64,000 nt of DNA from Camelus ferus (taxonomy: Eukaryota): assembly GCF_009834535.1 (NCBI RefSeq), contig NC_045697.1:16370001-16434000 (forward strand). Reading direction: 5' to 3'. Below, one piece after another: positions 62,750 to 64,000 of this stretch. The notes beneath the pieces are model-generated. The model had not been told where the DNA came from. It saw only the letters and a list, made by a program, of their open reading frames with translations, and did no database searches. The translations under genes and the position numbers were made by a program. The first letter of the stretch is position 1. The number at the start of each line of letters is the position of its first letter.

Positions 62750-63990
62750 TCTCATCCCTCTCCATGCATCAAAACTCTTCTTAGACTTCCTTGCAGCTAA
62801 ATCCCATGTCGCCTTTCCAAGTTTTCTTCCTTGACTTTTGGTAACATTTGACCCTGGTGGCAGGATTCTCCTTCTGAAACCTTCTCATCCTTTGATTTCT
62901 GAGACACAACCCTCTTGGTTTTCACCCTAGAGCTCTGGCTAAATCTTCATCGTCTTTTTCATGGTGTTCCTTCAATTGTCCAGTCTTGAAATGCATTTGT
63001 AATATAACCCTCTTCTCTACACACACTCCTGGAATGCTCTTACTCATTCTTAAGGCTTCAATTATCATCAATTTGACTCATAAACATTTACTGAGTGCCT
63101 TTTGTTTTTCAGAGACTATAACTTGATGTTCCAAATTTAAAATCCATAGCTTGGTGCTTTATGCTGAGCTCCAGACATGCAGATACAGCTGCATTCTTGC
63201 AGATCCAGGACACAGCAGAACTCCTGAGTGCAGTGGTCATGGCCTATGTGTGCAGCTCTCAGTCTTCCGTAATGTATGACTTAAGGTCAGCTTGTCCAAA
63301 ATTCAACTCCTCTTCCATTCCCCAAACAACTATTGCTCCTCTTGTGTTTTCTAGCTCAGTGAATGTTTCAAAACTGGCAAGTTGTGAAATCACTCTGAGT
63401 TGTCAGGATCTTCAACTTAAAGAAAAAAGAAATTATAAACCAGACTTAAAGGAATGTAGAGATGATTAAGGGAAATAATACACATAAAACGCTTGTTCTA
63501 ATATCGCATATGGTGAACGCTCAATGTTGATTGCTCTCAAATCCCCACTAACATCCAGGCTAGAAGTCAGGGCCTTATCTTTGACTTAAAAAAATTTTTT
63601 TTCAATTTCTTCAGCAAGTTCAAACAAAACTTTGTCTTCTTACAGATCTTCAATCTTATCAATTCTACCCTTGTATTACCACTACCTAGTTGAACCATGA
63701 TTATATTCCTATTTCATCCTGCTAATTCATTTTCTTAATCCTGGCCGTGCTGGGTTCCCCCATCTTTCATACCTTTTTTTCACTGAACTTTCAAAGTACT
63801 GTTATATACACTGCAGGTCTGTCTGATACTCAAGCACCAGCTTTCCATGGCTTCAGGGCAAAATTCCAAAACCTAAGAGTGGCATGCCAGATACTTCAGG
63901 ACATGGTTCCTTTCATCACCCACCACCCTACACTCTGACCCAAACAAATTCGACTGCTTTTAGTTCTCTTCTCACACGCTGCTTCTGCTG
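62750..63990 (+). mobile_element. L2 LINE fragments
   Basis: acatttgaccctggtg…ctccttctgaaaccttctc…gagacacaaccctcttggttttc; gctcctcttgtgttttctagctcagtgaatg; ccatggcttcagggcaaaattccaaaacct. Confidence 0.65.
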
Positions 63991-64000
63991 CTGGAAATAC

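Overview
AT-rich placental-mammal genomic DNA, very probably from a camelid (alpaca/camel type tRNA-derived SINE at 28823-28958 and several camelid-type L1 3' ends). I find no credible protein-coding exon, tRNA/rRNA gene or CRISPR array; it reads as intergenic DNA or a large intron. The ORF-track entries are chance ORFs or transposon remnants. Much of the window is interspersed repeat: old and young L1, L2, MIR, MaLR (MLT1) solo LTRs, hAT MITEs (MER5A, MER58A, MER63A, MER96B-like) and a MADE2-like mariner MITE. There are also microsatellites and a 100-N assembly gap. Manual translation shows three things the ORF track hides: (1) a ~1.3 kb colinear fossil of an ancient RTE-X-like LINE reverse transcriptase (1290-2560, +); (2) a ~1.3 kb fossil of a hAT transposase, from the catalytic core to the hATC dimerisation domain (20935-22250, -); (3) a clear L1 3' transduction carrying 83 bp of foreign DNA with its own AATAAA (35740-36067). 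Several repeat-free blocks hold transcription-factor motif clusters that look enhancer-like. Repeat family names come from my recall of consensus sequences, not a database search, and boundaries without a TSD are approximate. I see no evidence of a novel multi-gene system.
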